Part shown: one piece after another, positions 1 through 14,439 of the stretch | Layout of the letters: every line of letters begins with the position of its first letter | How positions within the stretch are numbered: position 1 is the stretch's first letter | Assembly (NCBI RefSeq): GCF_001194135.2 | Contig: NC_068984.1 | Location: forward strand, 136,732,281-136,796,280 | Origin: Octopus bimaculoides | Lineage: Eukaryota | DNA: 64,000 bases | Reading direction: 5' to 3' | The notes under the pieces: generated by a model | The model's input: the letters and a program-made list of their open reading frames with translations, nothing else | Database searches by the model: none | What the model was told of the DNA's origin: nothing | Program-made: the position numbers and the translations under genes

Positions 1-147
1 ATCCATAACTTAGTGGTTCGGCAAAGAGACCGATAGAATAAGTACTAGGCTTACAAAGAATAAGTCTTGGGTCGATTTCTTCGAATAAAGGTGGTGCTCT
101 AGCTTGGCCGCAGTCAAATGACTGAAACAAATAAAAGAATAAAAGAA
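1..147 (+). mobile_element. SINE family A 3' module, truncated by the window edge; other 3' modules at ~35330-35410 and ~38492-38690
   Basis: ggttcggcaaagagaccgatagaataagtactaggcttacaaagaataagtc…gactgaaacaa. Confidence 0.85.
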
Positions 148-505
148 TATATGTACGAGAGCGTTTTCAGCACGCCTACCCGTGCCATATAGTCATATAT
201 TCAACCCCACGTAACTGCTAACTGTAGACAGATTCTTGTTACACCGCCTGAAGAGATATACTGTCCTCGAAACAGTACGTTTTTCAGCGGACGACTTATT
301 TCCAGATAAAATGACAGATATTTACTTTATGTTATGCACCAAGAATTAAATCTTTACGTCTATTTTTAGCACTATTTAGATTTATGCCCATATGTGTGTG
401 TGTGTGTGTGTGTGTGCATATATATGTATGTGTGTGCATATATATGTGTGTGTGTGTGTGTGTGTTTCTGTGTATACATACATGCATATACATATTCATC
501 TATAC

Positions 506-557
<52 letters not shown>

Positions 558-659
558 ATACGTACATACATACATACTTGCATAAATACATACATACATA
601 CATACATAGTGCGCAGCGAGATATAAAAATTTTATTGGCGTATAGCTGAAGTCTATAGA

Positions 660-2010
660 TACGGGTGATAAATTGTAGTAGAATGGAATTGTGATGAGAT
701 AAGCAAAGAATATAAATGTATCTGCGTCCACATAGAGGTCAATGGACAGTGCTAAAGTTCATTGTAGTGGTTGGGTGTGAGGATAACGTTTGTCGTGATG
801 AAGTTTACATTTGGAGGGATACTGTGAGGGGGGAGGTGGAAGTGTTGGTAATCGGCCAGGTGGGGAAATTCATAATTAATTTTGTTTTTCTTTTACGAAA
901 AGGTGAATCGTTCATTAAAACCTGTTGGTTAGACAGCACCATATGTAAAGATAAGTCGCTATTCTTTATGTTGGCGAGAATGTGGAATAGGGAACGTAGT
1001 GTTCTGAACATCCGTTCACTGAGAAGTAGTCGGTGAAGTGGCTAGATGATTTGAAATGATGATCCACAAAGTTGTCCTTTGTGTTGTGTGGAATATCTAG
1101 ATGTTTACGAAAATAGGTCACCTGAGTTGCATCTTGTTTTATCTGGTTTGAATCTCCGTCGGTACGACGATGGGGTTTTCTGTTGATACGATCAACTGAG
1201 AAGCCAGCTCGTGAAATTAATGTCCAAATTTGCTGAGCACTCTACAGACACGTGTATCTTTAACGTAGTTCCCAGAGAATTCAGGGTGACAAAGAATATG
1301 ACAAGGCTGGCCCTTAGAATTACGGGCACAACTCATTTTTGCCAGCTGAACTGACTGGAGCAACGAGAAATAAAGTGCCTTGCTCAGGGAGACAACGCGT
1401 CGCCGGGAATTGAACTCACGACCTTAAGATCGTGATCCGAATAGCCTAGCCACTAAGCCACGCGCCTTTAGTCTTTTATTTATGTTTGGTGTATTGTAAA
1501 GTTTATACGCGATGCAACCGATCGGATTCGGTAGAAGGGCAGCTTATTTTGGATGTCTTGATACTTGGGTTTCGGTATGTTTATGGTTGTGATGTTTGTA
1601 ATGAAATGAGAAGGGTGGTGTCTAAGACAAGACCATTAGTAGAAGGTAGCATACTGGGTGTTCTTAGGAAAGCTTGAGTCGTTTCTAAGAAGTAGATGGA
1701 AGAAATGTGAAGAATAAACAGAGATAAGGGGAAGATGAGCATCTTTAATGGTAGAACATATAGAAGGAAATTTAGTTTATATGTGTACGAGTGCTTGGTA
1801 TGAGTGCAATGGAACTCATACGAAACATACATCCAATCATACTGACGGTACCCTCGATCGAACAAGAAGTCTTGCATCAATTCGAATTTAGAATGGAACT
1901 TGGAGTCCTTGCTGCAGAGTCAGCTGAGACGGTGTAGTGAAGGGAAGATAGCAGATGGTTTTGTTAGATACACGTGTAGGTCGTCGTATCTATAAAAAAA
2001 ATATGCTGCA
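660..2010 (-). mobile_element. Degenerate Penelope-like retroelement (RT C-terminus and GIY-YIG region), interrupted by a SINE
   Basis: Minus-strand translations include RLS*LCSKDSKFHSKFELMQDFLFDRGY (PLE RT/thumb motif R.RR.CS…RGY) and HFKSSSHFTD…DSPFRKRKTKLIMNF (GIY-YIG C-terminal motif), with stops and frameshifts. Confidence 0.65.
1165..1466 (-). mobile_element. tRNA-derived SINE (family E)
   Basis: A/B-box head and a body shared with 2065-2412, 29900-30003 and 41995-42260 (tcgtgaaattaa…gagcactccacagacacgtgtacccttaacgtagttc). Confidence 0.75.
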
Positions 2011-2064
2011 CGATACTGTAAAACGAAAGGAAATAAAATTTTGAGGATGTACCAGTGTCAATGT

Positions 2065-2412
2065 GGATGCGTGTGGCTTAGTGGTTAGGATGTTGGACTC
2101 AAGATCGTAAGATTACGGTTTCGATTCCTGGACCAGGCGATGAGTTGTGTTCTTGAGCAAAATACTTCATTTCACGTTACTCCAGTCCACTCAGTGTGGC
2201 TTTGCGTTTAGGCTGTTAGACTCATGATCGTAAGAATGTGGTTTCGATTCCTGGACCGTGTAACGAGTTGTGTTCTTGAACAAAATACTTTATTTCACGT
2301 TGCTCTAGGCCACTCAGCTGGCAAAAATAAGTGATCCTGTGACAGACCAGCGTCCCGTCCAGGTGGGGAATACATATGCCATGAGACCAGGAAACCAGCC
2401 GTTATGAGTCGG
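2065..2412 (+). mobile_element. tRNA-derived SINE with tandemly duplicated head
   Basis: Two consecutive ~120-bp units tgtggct…gtttcgattcctggacc…cactcag. Confidence 0.75.
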
Positions 2413-2653
2413 CATCACTCAAAATGATAACTTGCTCTTTTTTTTTTTTACCTGTCTCAATATTCTCTATCGTTATAATCATTGCTACTATACACTCCGG
2501 ATAATATTACCATCCAGTGACGGGAACACGGACACGGAATTACCCACAGGAGGAATTTACAACGTGAATGACAACTCCTAGTAGTCGTAGATGTTACAAT
2601 ACATAGGTGTAGTGAGGAGACACTAGCAGATAATTCGACGTCTACCTTGATCT

Positions 2654-3020
2654 GTTGTTGTTGGCACTCCGTCGCTTACGACGTCGAGGGTTCTAGCTGA
2701 TTCGATCAACGAACAGCCTGCTCGTGAAATTAACGTGCAAGTGGCTGAGCACTCCACAGACACGTGTACCCTTAACGTAGTTCTCGGGGATATTCAGTGT
2801 GACACAGTGTGACAAGGCTGACCCTTTGAATTACAGGCACAACAGAAACAGGAAGTAAGAGTGAGAGAAAGTGGTGGTGAAAGAGTACAGCAGGGTTCGC
2901 CACCATCCCCTGCCGGAGCCTCGTGGAGCTTTAGGTGTTTTCGCTCAATAAACACTCACAGCGCCCGGTCTGGGAATCGAAACCGCGATCCTATAACCAC
3001 TGGGCCATTGCGCCTCCACA
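2654..3020 (-). mobile_element. tRNA-derived SINE (family D)
   Basis: Head TGGCCCAGTGG / GTTTCGATTCCC and AAC-repeat tail; near-identical to 5403-5772. Confidence 0.85.
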
Positions 3021-3049
3021 CCTTGACCTGTAATACATTCCCATCTATA

Positions 3050-3306
3050 CAGGGTGCAGGAGAAAGGTTGTCCCGCCGATTTCAAAGGCTAATAAAAAAA
3101 AACACATGAAAAGACAAGAAAAAAACAAACTCTTCTACAACAAATGCACGATGCTCTCTACTCCAGACCATGGTGGATACCACCAAACACAGAAAGAAAA
3201 TGGCATTTAAAGAGCTTTATAGACATATAAAGTATTTTTCATGCATCTTCATGTGTTTGTTTTTTATTAGCCTTTGAAATTGGGGCATCATTTCTGCCGC
3301 ACCCTG
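3050..3306. mobile_element. Tc1/mariner-type MITE
   Basis: ~50-bp imperfect terminal inverted repeats CAGGGTGC…TTTCAAAGGCTAATAAAAAA, flanked by TA on both sides. Confidence 0.8.
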
Positions 3307-4002
3307 TACAGGCTACTATCCTGCAGAACTGTTGTTACCATACTCTGCACATTCTCGTCCACCGATACGTTCAATTCCTTTGGCTAGATGATTATCGAAC
3401 AGCCTCATAGAATATTAGAATACTTTGGCAAGAATTACATACTAGGCCTATAACAATTCCGCCAACTTATATTGGTATGTTGGCAATTCGTAAAGAGAAC
3501 ATCACGAGATTTTTACACGAACACATTTAGAATCTATTTCATTGAACTTATATAGATATATGTGTGTGTGTATATATATATATATNNNNNNNNNNNNNNN
3601 NNNNNNNNNNNNNNNNNNNNNNNNNNNNNNNNNNNNNNNNNNNNNNNNNNNNNNNNNNNNNNNNNNNNNNNNNNNNNNNNNNNNNNNNNNNNNNNNNNNN
3701 NNNNNNNNNNNNNNNNNNNNNNNNNNNNNNNNNNNNNNNNNNNNNNNNNNNNNNNNNNNNNNNNNNNNNNNNNNNNNNNNNNNNNNNNNNNNNNNNNNNN
3801 NNNNNNNNNNNNNNNNNNNNNNNNNNNNNNNNNNNNNNNNNNNNNNNNNNNNNNNNNNNNNNNNNNNNNNNNNNNNNNNNNNNNNNNNNNNNNNNNNNNN
3901 NNNNNNNNNNNNNNNNNNNNNNNNNNNNNNNNNNNNNNNNNNNNNNNNNNNNNNNNNNNNNNNNNNNNNNNNNNNNNNNNNNNNNNNNNNNNNNNNNNNN
4001 NN

Positions 4003-4033
<31 letters not shown>

Positions 4034-5402
4034 ATATATACATATATATGTATGTATGTATATATGTATATATATGTATATATACATATATGCATGTTTG
4101 TATGTATGTATACACAGTCAAAATACATTCAAATACATAAATTTGCATATACAAATGTACATACATGTGCGCATATTTATATATAGTTATACGTATATAT
4201 ATATATATAAATATATATTTATTTATATATAAATATATATATAAATATATAAACTTTCTCACCTATATGCATACATATATACATACACATGTGTATACAT
4301 TTGTGTATGTACATGCGCGTGTATATACACAGGCGCGCATATGCAAACACACATGCATACACATGTATAGTCGCATTCCCTTTAAATAAAATTTTAAATA
4401 TCTATTGAAATACATTTATATATGTGCGTATTCATACTTACATATATATATATATATACATATTTAGAAACATATGTATGTATGTATGTATTGGAGATGA
4501 AGGCATGTTTCAAGAACAATATAGCAATTTTTATACAAGGTCACTAATCCTACAAGGATGCTAGAAATAGTTACAAAATCCATCCAAAATTTTAGGTTAC
4601 GCAATCGTCGGCCAGACGACTTTCCGATGACCGGTCGTGTAGGAGGTCGCTGTGGTGAGCATGGAAGGCGCAGGCACAAACCCATGTGAAGGCGACTGCA
4701 GCTGCAATGACCTCCGGCACGGGCATAGCTGACATTTTGCTTGGCCAATGGTCAGTGATGGTCTTCCTTGGTCACGAGTGGACAGGCCGTTATGTATGTA
4801 TATGTACAGGTACTAGAATGGCTGTGTGGTTAAGAAACTCGGAAACTGAAAGCATATTATGTGTGTGAGGGGGGTATGCGCACCTGTGTGTGTGTGCATA
4901 TGTGTGTGTGTTGGTGTGTGTTTATGTGTATGTGCGCCTGTGCGTTTGTGTGTGCGTATGTGTGTGTTGGTGTATGTCTGTGTGTGTGTGTGTGTGTGCG
5001 TGTGCGTGCGCATGTGTATGTGCATCTGCGCACAAGTGCGTGTCATTCTCTTACCCCATCACCGTTTGACAACCGGTGTTCGCGTGTTTAAGTCTCAACA
5101 ACTTAGCGGTTCGGCAATAGAGAGCGAGAGAGTAAATACCAGGCATTAAAAGGAAATAAAGTACTTGGGTGGATCCATTCAACTAAAGTTCCTCAAGGAT
5201 TTGCTCCAGCGTGGCCGCAGTCCAATGAATGAAACGAGTAAAAAAAACACACACAAACGATAGACGATTAACTGTTGTGCTGTTGNNNNNNNNNNNNNNN
5301 NNNNNNNNNNNNNNNNNNNNNNNNNNNNNNNNNNNNNNNNNNNNNNNNNNNNNNNNNNNNNNNNNNNNNNNNNNNNNNNNNNNNNNNNNNNNNNNNNNNN
5401 NN

Positions 5403-5772
5403 GCTCTTCCGATCTGCTTACGACGATGAGGGTTCCAGTTGATCCGATCAACGGAACAGCCTGCTCGTGAAATTAACGTGCAAGTGGATGAGCACTCCAC
5501 AGACACGTGCAACCTTAACGTAGTTCTCGGGGATATTCAGCGTGACACAGAGGGACAAGACTGACCCTTTGAATTACAGAAACAGGAAGTAAGAGTGAGA
5601 GAAAGTTGTGGTGATAGAGTACAGCAGGGTTCGCCACCATCCCCTGCCGGAGCCTCGTGGAGCTTTAGGTGCTTTCGCTCAATAAACACTCACAACGCCC
5701 GGTCTGGGAATCGAAACCGCGATCCTATGACCGCGAGCCCGCTGCCTTAACCACTGGGCCATCGCGCCTCCA
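5403..5772 (-). mobile_element. tRNA-derived SINE (family D)
   Basis: Second copy of 2654-3020. Confidence 0.85.
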
Positions 5773-6622
5773 CACGATAAACTGTATATCTCTAGATAAC
5801 TAGCGTTCTACAGTTTTGTTCGACACTCTACTAAACTTGCCAATCCATATGAAGATTGTACAACGTCTACCTTGTTGAGATTCTGTAATATCTTGTCTGT
5901 TCTAACAGGAAAATTGAGTGAGTGCTAAATATATCAGTCAGCTGTCTTTGAGTGCCAGAGAGAGAGATACGCCATGATAAATTGGTGGCGATTAACCGAG
6001 AGAATATTTCTATACAACAATACTTGTGCTTTAATATATTGTCCTTGAGAATTGCAGTGAAGTGCTTTCTGCCATGTGGCATCATAGCCATCAATATTTT
6101 CTAAGTACTTGGACAAGATTCAGTATCAAGCATACTTATTTATATACAAATACCTGCTTTCATACGTTTGTGCGTATATATATATTATATATATATATAT
6201 ATATNNNNNNNNNNNNNNNNNNNNNNNNNNNNNNNNNNNNNNNNNNNNNNNNNNNNNNNNNNNNNNNNNNNNNNNNNNNNNNNNNNNNNNNNNNNNNNNN
6301 NNNNNNNNNNNNNNNNNNNNNNNNNNNNNNNNNNNNNNNNNNNNNNNNNNNNNNNNNNNNNNNNNNNNNNNNNNNNNNNNNNNNNNNNNNNNNNNNNNNN
6401 NNNNNNNNNNNNNNNNNNNNNNNNNNNNNNNNNNNNNNNNNNNNNNNNNNNNNNNNNNNNNNNTATAAGTATAAGTACATATATCTTTATTTCTCTATAT
6501 TGATATTTATGCACGTGTGAATGCGTATGTGTGTACGTGTGTATAAATGTATAAATGTCTAAGTGTGTATAACTGTATGCATAAATATATGTATATGAAT
6601 GCATACACGTACATAATATCCT

Positions 6623-6657
<35 letters not shown>

Positions 6658-9600
6658 ATTTATTTGTAGGCGTGCTTACATTTATGTACGTGTATATGCA
6701 ACCATATAAATATGAAAGTACGTATGCATATATGTACCATATTCTAACACACACGCTCACACACTCATATGTACATATATACACATACACATATATACAT
6801 ATATAAATTTATATATATATATATCATTGCTATTATGCAAAAGTGTCTAAGTCCAAAACGAAACGTTACTTTTTCAGAAAACGAAAAAAATAATTTCACC
6901 ATTCCCTAGCAAAACCGTTGTACTACACTTTGAAAATTTTTGGTATCTTGGCATCTGAAGCAGCTGGAGGTACGACAGTTTGACCAAAAGAACCGGCTAT
7001 AAATATTGAAGAAATAAAAACGCATTTAGCTAAATCAGTGTGTAAGAAATAACACAAACACAAAATATATTCGATTTGTGATAATGAGAATATGGAGGTC
7101 TAGAAATGTTGGATATGGATTTGGGAACTCTACTGTTCTAAGCCAACTGCAACAAGCTAATAAGAAAACAGGAAAAATATAAAATAAAGATAAAACTTGT
7201 ATTTAGTCGTGTATTTAATGAAACATGAATAAAGGAAAAACGGTTCTCCTTATACACAAATATTATATATATATAAATACTTGTGTGTGTGACGTATTTT
7301 GTGTGAGCCAATCATAACCCAGTAATCTGGCGGTCATTTTGAACATGAAGTAAAGCTCAAAACAGTTTTTGTCTTTTTTTATTTACAATATTAGTTCAGT
7401 AGTTTACTTTATCGATCTCTCTTTCCATAAATATCGAGGAAGCAGCAATAGAGAAAAAAGTCAGTTCTTTTTCCAGCTGTCTTGAACTTAAACTGAATAA
7501 GAAATCATGGCCGGTTCAATTGTCGTCTGGCTATCCGAGCAAGCTGAATTTCAAGGAAAACTGTAAATGGAAGAAAACGATATTTATTACAATACACAAA
7601 CCAAAGAGAAGTGTTCGAACACAGCAACAAAGTTTCAAATCCTTTCGTTAATATAACAAGAAAACTGAGAGTAAGTAATGTATCTACTTTATTGGTAATG
7701 ATTTCAATTTATTTCAACACATTTTCGTTAGTGGAAAATAGGTGGATGAGAGAAAGTCCAAAGGGTACTATTGATTTTCCTGTAGTTGAGACGAATAATA
7801 TTTACGTTTCGTTTGTTTTTATTTCATTTCATTTTCACATGATCACATTGCCTCCCAAACTTTGTATTTGCTAGATCCTAAATAAATGACATGGCGTTAC
7901 CTAACACGTTGCACTTCACACGCCTGCCCAAGTTGCCGTTACTTTCAGCTGACCCTGTGAGAAACCATTTCAAATCAAATTTTAGCTCATTTGAAAACAC
8001 GTATCTTAATTTCTTTTTATTCTACGCTCCTGTCAGTCAGGATCTGCTAGCACATGAGTAAGACTCAAGAGAAATAGTAACTCAAAGGCGTTCAATTAAC
8101 GTTATTTTCTTCAATATTGAATGACTTTCTTTCAACTCGTCTCATTGTGCTGTTCGAACAAAACACAAATTGCTTTATCTCTTTCTGCCGCACTAATCTT
8201 ACTAAAACTTTTTCTACAACACAAACTACACAATAGACTTTGTAAAACATGGACATTGTCCATGGCTAGCTGATGTAAACTTTGCTGTGATTGATGTAAC
8301 ACAAAAGATGTTCTGTTATATATTTGAATTATTATCCTGTTTCAAACGTGTTCTCATAAACTATGTGCTATATAATACTGAATTATCATACCAGTAGGAC
8401 CGGAAGAGGTCTGTTTTTTATTGGTACATAGAAAATAAAAAGAAAATTATACCTAAATTATTATCATTAGTTCTTCTATGAATCTAAGTTCAAATTTCAC
8501 CGAGGTCGGCTTTGCCTTTCATCCTTTCAGGATCGATAAAATAAGTACCAGTTGAGGACTGAGATCGATGTAATCGACCGATCCCCTCGCCAGGACTTGC
8601 TGGCCGGCCTTGTACCAAAATTTGAAACCATGCTTGTTTCTGTGAACATTCTCTTAATTTTCTGCACGTCCAAAAAATTATGCAGATGGAGCATACACTT
8701 TAACCGCAACACATCTTCGAATGGAGCAGGTAAAGATGAAAATAGAATTAATAAATTTGGTACGTGAAAATTTCAAACAAATTTGTTAACGTAATATTCA
8801 TGGATATCACGCCAAACAGTGAAACTGCTAAAAGGTTGAGGAAAACTCCCTTCGGGGAATTATGTTGAAAATAAGGAAAGCAGGCTGAGCTATCAGATCT
8901 ATCTTAATGGGAAAGTATTTAGAAAAGATTGTGAGATTATCATAACTAACACATGTTAATAGCAACAAAAATAGCAATGTGTCGAGCATAATGTACTTGG
9001 AAGAAACATGTACACCCCACAGAATTTTACATCAAATAGTTTCGAATATAAGTAAAAGATAGAGCACTGGAAGAAATACGTAGAAAGGAGACTTTCATCG
9101 CTACATTAACAACATACGTTGAACAAACAGAATGGCTCGTTCAATAACCTTCGCACGGATAATATATATTAATATAAATCTCCAGTGCAACTAGAGAATC
9201 AATCAACATATGGGAGCGTTAACCTCATCTTAACCGTAATAATTGGTAGAGTAACACAAACGTATGTTATCTGAAGTGCACCACTGCTCCTCTCCAGAAG
9301 ATTAGGTACATTCTATGTAACAATGTTATTTTATACGCAGTTTTCCGAGAGATGGGCAGCTTTGACAAAGGAGATAATCGCTCCCTTCACAACATGAAAT
9401 GGGTTAAAAAATTTGAATTTAAAATTAAGGAATTTTTCGAGGAAACAAGCATGGAAATCACATATTTAATTTTTTGTTTGTTTAGCATTCTTTCATTCTT
9501 ATGACCTGTGATTTATTAATTAAATATTATTTTATGCAGTGAGACACTTCATTAACGATTAGCATAATTACAATCAGAAGGAAATAAATGAAAAGTGATT

Positions 9601-10147
9601 TGGCTTTCTTTTCTCCATAAAATGTTAGCAATTTACGAATCGAGAGGAAAGAGAGAACGTTCTTAATGTTTACATACAGAATAATAGCTGTTTCTAGGGA
9701 AATTCTACCTTCTTAAGATGTCTTTAAAGTAACCAATAATTTCAACATCAGCTACAAGCAATATCACAAACCGTTTTCCGGTGTTTCTTTGAGGTGTGGA
9801 CAATAGTTTCAGGCTGCTATTTCTTATTAGTAATCCTTATGTTGCATATTTTATTCCTGTTTAGCCTCAGGTCAAAGCTGATCTAATAAACTTACAATCA
9901 AAGCCATTTCGACCATGACAACCCATTCTGTTTGAAGATGTAACTTTCAAACTTTTGTAGCTCAGCACTACATTTTACTTACCTCTCTACATGTTTTGGG
10001 CCCCACAAACACACAAAAAAAAACAGCTATAGATCATTCTAATGAAACGAATGGTAATTTTGCATAAGCCGTTATTATCCATACTTTTTTATTATCCCTA
10101 TTTTCTCAGCTTATCCCACCCAGCATGTACCTCTTTTTAGACAGTTA

Positions 10148-10367
10148 CTCTTTTACTCTTTTACTTGTTTCAGTCATTTGACTGCGGCCATGCTGGAGCA
10201 CCGCCTTTAGTCGAGCAAATCGACCCCCAGGGCTTATTCTTTGTAAGCCTAGTACTTATTCTATCGGTCTCTTTTCGCCGAACAGCTAAGTTACGGGGAC
10301 GTAAACCCACCAGCATCGGTTGTCAAGCGATGTTGGGGGGGGGAACAAACACAGACACACAAACACA

Positions 10368-10441
<74 letters not shown>

Positions 10442-10617
10442 CATATATATACGACGGTCTTCTTTCAGTTTCCGTCTACCAAACCCACTCACAAGGCTTT
10501 GGTCGGCCCGAGACTATAGTAGAAGACACTTGCCCAAGATGCCACGCAGTGGGACTGAACCCAGGACCATGTGGTTGATAAACAAGCTACTTACCACACA
10601 GCCACTCCTATGCCTAT
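10148..10617 (-). mobile_element. Full-length SINE family A (tRNA head, core, internal (TA)n(TG)n, 3' module)
   Basis: Head TGGCTGTGTGG / GGTTCAGTCCC, core CTTGGGCAAGTGTCTTCTACTATAG, tail GTAAAAGAG repeats; many homologues in the window. Confidence 0.9.
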
Positions 10618-11802
10618 CTCCAATTTAACATAGAAATTGTGATTGAACACAGAATACCACATTATTTTACATTGAGATGGTTTCTTATATGGATTAATGG
10701 TGCATAAAAGCACTCGTATATATATCGGTGACAGACGAGGACCGTCAGCTACGGCCACAGGAACTGCCAGACCACGTGATTGAGCTCCTCAGTGGGAAGT
10801 GTCCGCTAGCGACATAACAGCCGCAGTATTCTGTGCTCCAACACAACGTCCACGTGAGGGTTGAGATAAAGATTGCCTTTTGGTGTTACTACTGTTTCCG
10901 TCGCAATTATTATTTTTTTATATATATAAGCCCACTAGAAACAGCTCTGGGTCACATGCATTTTGCCCCTTAGCCTGAGCGTTTTGCCTGAATGGAGCAG
11001 CGATGATTGAATCTGGTTATCGCCTGCTGAAGGGTTGCACCTGCAACATTACTGCCTGAATAGAAATGGAAAGTCTATTGCTGACAGAAAGATTCAGCTG
11101 TTACTCCGCAACCGGACAACTGGCACTGAAGAACCCAAGCAAGGCGAAATCATACGATCCGACAGTTCCGATGGCCGTAACAGACGGTTCTCGTCTGCCA
11201 GCGATATAAATCCGAATCCTTTTATGAGAGGTCTTCTCCAGGAGATATTTTGTCTTCTAACATAACTTTAAGTCGGTGATAAAAACTGCCTTTTACATAT
11301 ATAACTATTTTATCTTTTATTTATTTTAAAATTGTACAAAAACGATTTTAGAGAGATTTGGTTATTATTTCTAGAAGATCGGATGACCGGTAGTTTCATA
11401 GTTAGTTCGATTTTACTTTTAAAATTAGTGGTTTTATAGTTTTAACCTTTATAATTCTTATAATAGAGACTAAAATATATAATAAATACATCAATAATAA
11501 AGGAGAGAAATGTTATTTCTATTATCTGTGGAGCTTCAAATACCTAAATTTAACTTTAGTGCTGAGTTTTTAAGTATATTTCCAACCTATAATGAATAGA
11601 ATTAAATTATATGGAGTTGTGTACATCTAATTATGTGTGTGTATGTATGTATGTATAAAATCGGCTGTGTGTATTTAATTATGTGTATACATAATTAAAT
11701 ATATACGTAATTTATATATATATAATTATATATATACGTAATTATATATGTAGTATATATATATACATATATATAAATATGCATGTACACATAGTTATAT
11801 TA

Positions 11803-11833
<31 letters not shown>

Positions 11834-11863
11834 ATATATATATATATACACACATATATACAG

Positions 11864-11955
<92 letters not shown>

Positions 11956-13085
11956 GAGCAAATTGATTTTTTTAACCTAAATATAAGCAAATTAATATAT
12001 GTTGTGTCTAGTAGTGAGCATTCTAAATAGATGTAGACGGCAATTCCAGTTATCAACGGGAAAAGCAGACATCACGGCGACTAAATAAAATTCCACAAAG
12101 AAAAGAAAGAATTGCACAAAAAAAGCAGTAAAAAATCGGAGGTGTGAGGAGAGAGACAGAGAAGGCGGGGGCCTGCTCATGCTACCACCTCACTAGTAAA
12201 CGAACAGATACAAACCACGGTTAGCAATATAACCAATAAGGGAGCTTCAACGTGGTCTCTACTTGGCTAGTTGACGCTACAACTCAGTCAAGGACTAGCG
12301 ATATTGCTTTTTATATTTCTGGGGGATTTTTAAGTCTCAATGTGTGAGATAAACTACGTCTGGAAAGACAGGATGGTCGTGGGAAGAATGAATACCTTTG
12401 ATTAAGGCAAAACCTGGGTCTAAAGGTGAAATAAGCAGCGGAGATTCTTTGCCCCGCACAGAAACTGCTGCAGTTACTCAGAGATTTTCCAAGCTCTTCT
12501 TCTCAATCTACCATGATGTCAGAATCTCTGAATTTATCACAATGTCAGAACCTCTGACACAATCAAAATGTCAAAAACAGCTCAGGGTCACACGCATTTC
12601 GCCCCTTAGCCTGAGCGTTTTTCCTGAATGGAGCAGCGATGATTGAATCAGTTTTCGCCTGCTGAAGGGTTGCACCTGCGATCGTTTGTCCACTACAATC
12701 ACTCTGAGCTGGTTTCAACTGCTATTAATCTCTGCTTGGTGAATTTTTTTTCTTTGTCTTCAGAATACAGCGCAACGATTTAGCTGGAAAAGCTCGTAAT
12801 CCGAGTAAAACGGTTTTGCAGTTTCTTGCTGAACGACTTGCACAAACGATTTGTTTCTGGCAATCCAATATATGTGGTGCGCACTACCTCACTCCCTCCA
12901 TCAAATCGTCGTTGCCTGAAGAGGTGCACAGTATTCAAGACCACCGGTGTCGACGTGATCGCAGAGCAACGTGAGATGAATTGTTCTGCTCAAGAACACA
13001 ATGCACCACCTGATCCAGGAAGTGAAACCACAATCTTGTGATCGTGAGTGCAACACCGCAACATGCATGCATGCATACATACATA

Positions 13086-13315
13086 CAGGGTTGGCCAAAA
13101 GTCACCCGACAGTAAATTCCATAAATACTATCTGTAATTCTGTATTGACTCGAATGGAAAAAAATGTGTCGCTCAAGAAGGACTTCAGTTTGAACAATTT
13201 TCATGTTGTTTCATATTTTAGATGGCTTTATTAAATTCATTCAGTTGTCAAACATGAATAAATCTTGGAATTAAATGGTTTTGAATTACTGTCAGATGAC
13301 TTTTGGCCAACCCTG
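13086..13315. mobile_element. Tc1/mariner-type MITE
   Basis: Terminal inverted repeats CAGGGTTGGCCAAAAGTCA..CGACAGTAA / TTACTGTCAGATGACTTTTGGCCAACCCTG with TA target duplication. Confidence 0.88.
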
Positions 13316-14439
13316 TATATGCCCCCCCACACACACACACATATATATATCTTTAGTTAAATATATTCAATGAGAATATTATATACTGAATTTATATTGA
13401 GCGATCTATTGCATCAAAGTATTAATACTATTAAAGTATTTATGTATTTAATACGAGCAATTANNNNNNNNNNNNNNNNNNNNNNNNNNNNNNNNNNNNN
13501 NNNNNNNNNNNNNNNNNNNNNNNNNNNNNNNNNNNNNTTAAAGCATCTTACGATCGTTTCGCAGAAGTGCTGTCCCTATAATGGAATCCTATATTGATAA
13601 GCATTTATAAATAACTCTTCTGCTCTTCAGAGATATAAACTTTGAATTTTGTATAATTTATCGAATGGTAGTTTTTTTTTTTTTTTAATATGAAGTAATA
13701 TGATAAATAATATAAAATAAAATTATATGTGAAATTATGTGAGGTTATAAAATTATAAATTGGTCAAAATATTTCTTTTATATTTTTATTTTTATAATTG
13801 GAAGATGCCAATTAAAATTTTTAGATTTTTAAATTTAATGCAATTATCTTCATATTTTCACATTAAGCCAAAATCTGTTATTTCTATGACAAAACTTTTA
13901 CACACTCGAGACGTCCCTGATTCTCTGATACAAACCGCATGTTTTAATGTGATCTAAATTAAGATCTCATATCAAAACCACATGCTAATTTATTCCAAAC
14001 ACCACTAAATTCTGTTATTTTAAAAACCGAAACAAAGGCAGCATATCTCAACAGAAATATGTTAACAAACGGGTCAACATAGAAACAACAACCAGATATC
14101 TTTTTAATCAATAGTCTTTTGAAGATCATATCTAATACAAGGCACATAATGCCTGAAAGGATTTACAAAATAAAAAAACATACTATTTCAGTTTATGAGT
14201 GAGTTACAAATATCAAACAATATGAAAAGGCTTCTGCTTGGTGACAATCCAGAATTTTGGGGGGAAAAGCATGAAATCAAAATTAGACTTAGATTATTAA
14301 TAACAACCAATTACCTTGAAGGATAATTTTCCACAAGAGCCTGACTATATGAACCAATGATATATATAAAGCAGATATACAATAACAGATAAGAACTTTA
14401 TTTATCAAAAAATGCTATGAGGATAAAGATAAACCTTCT

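Noticed and set aside
11125-11160. CTGAAGA…GGCGAAAT hammerhead-like words
   Set aside because: Stems I and III cannot be formed.
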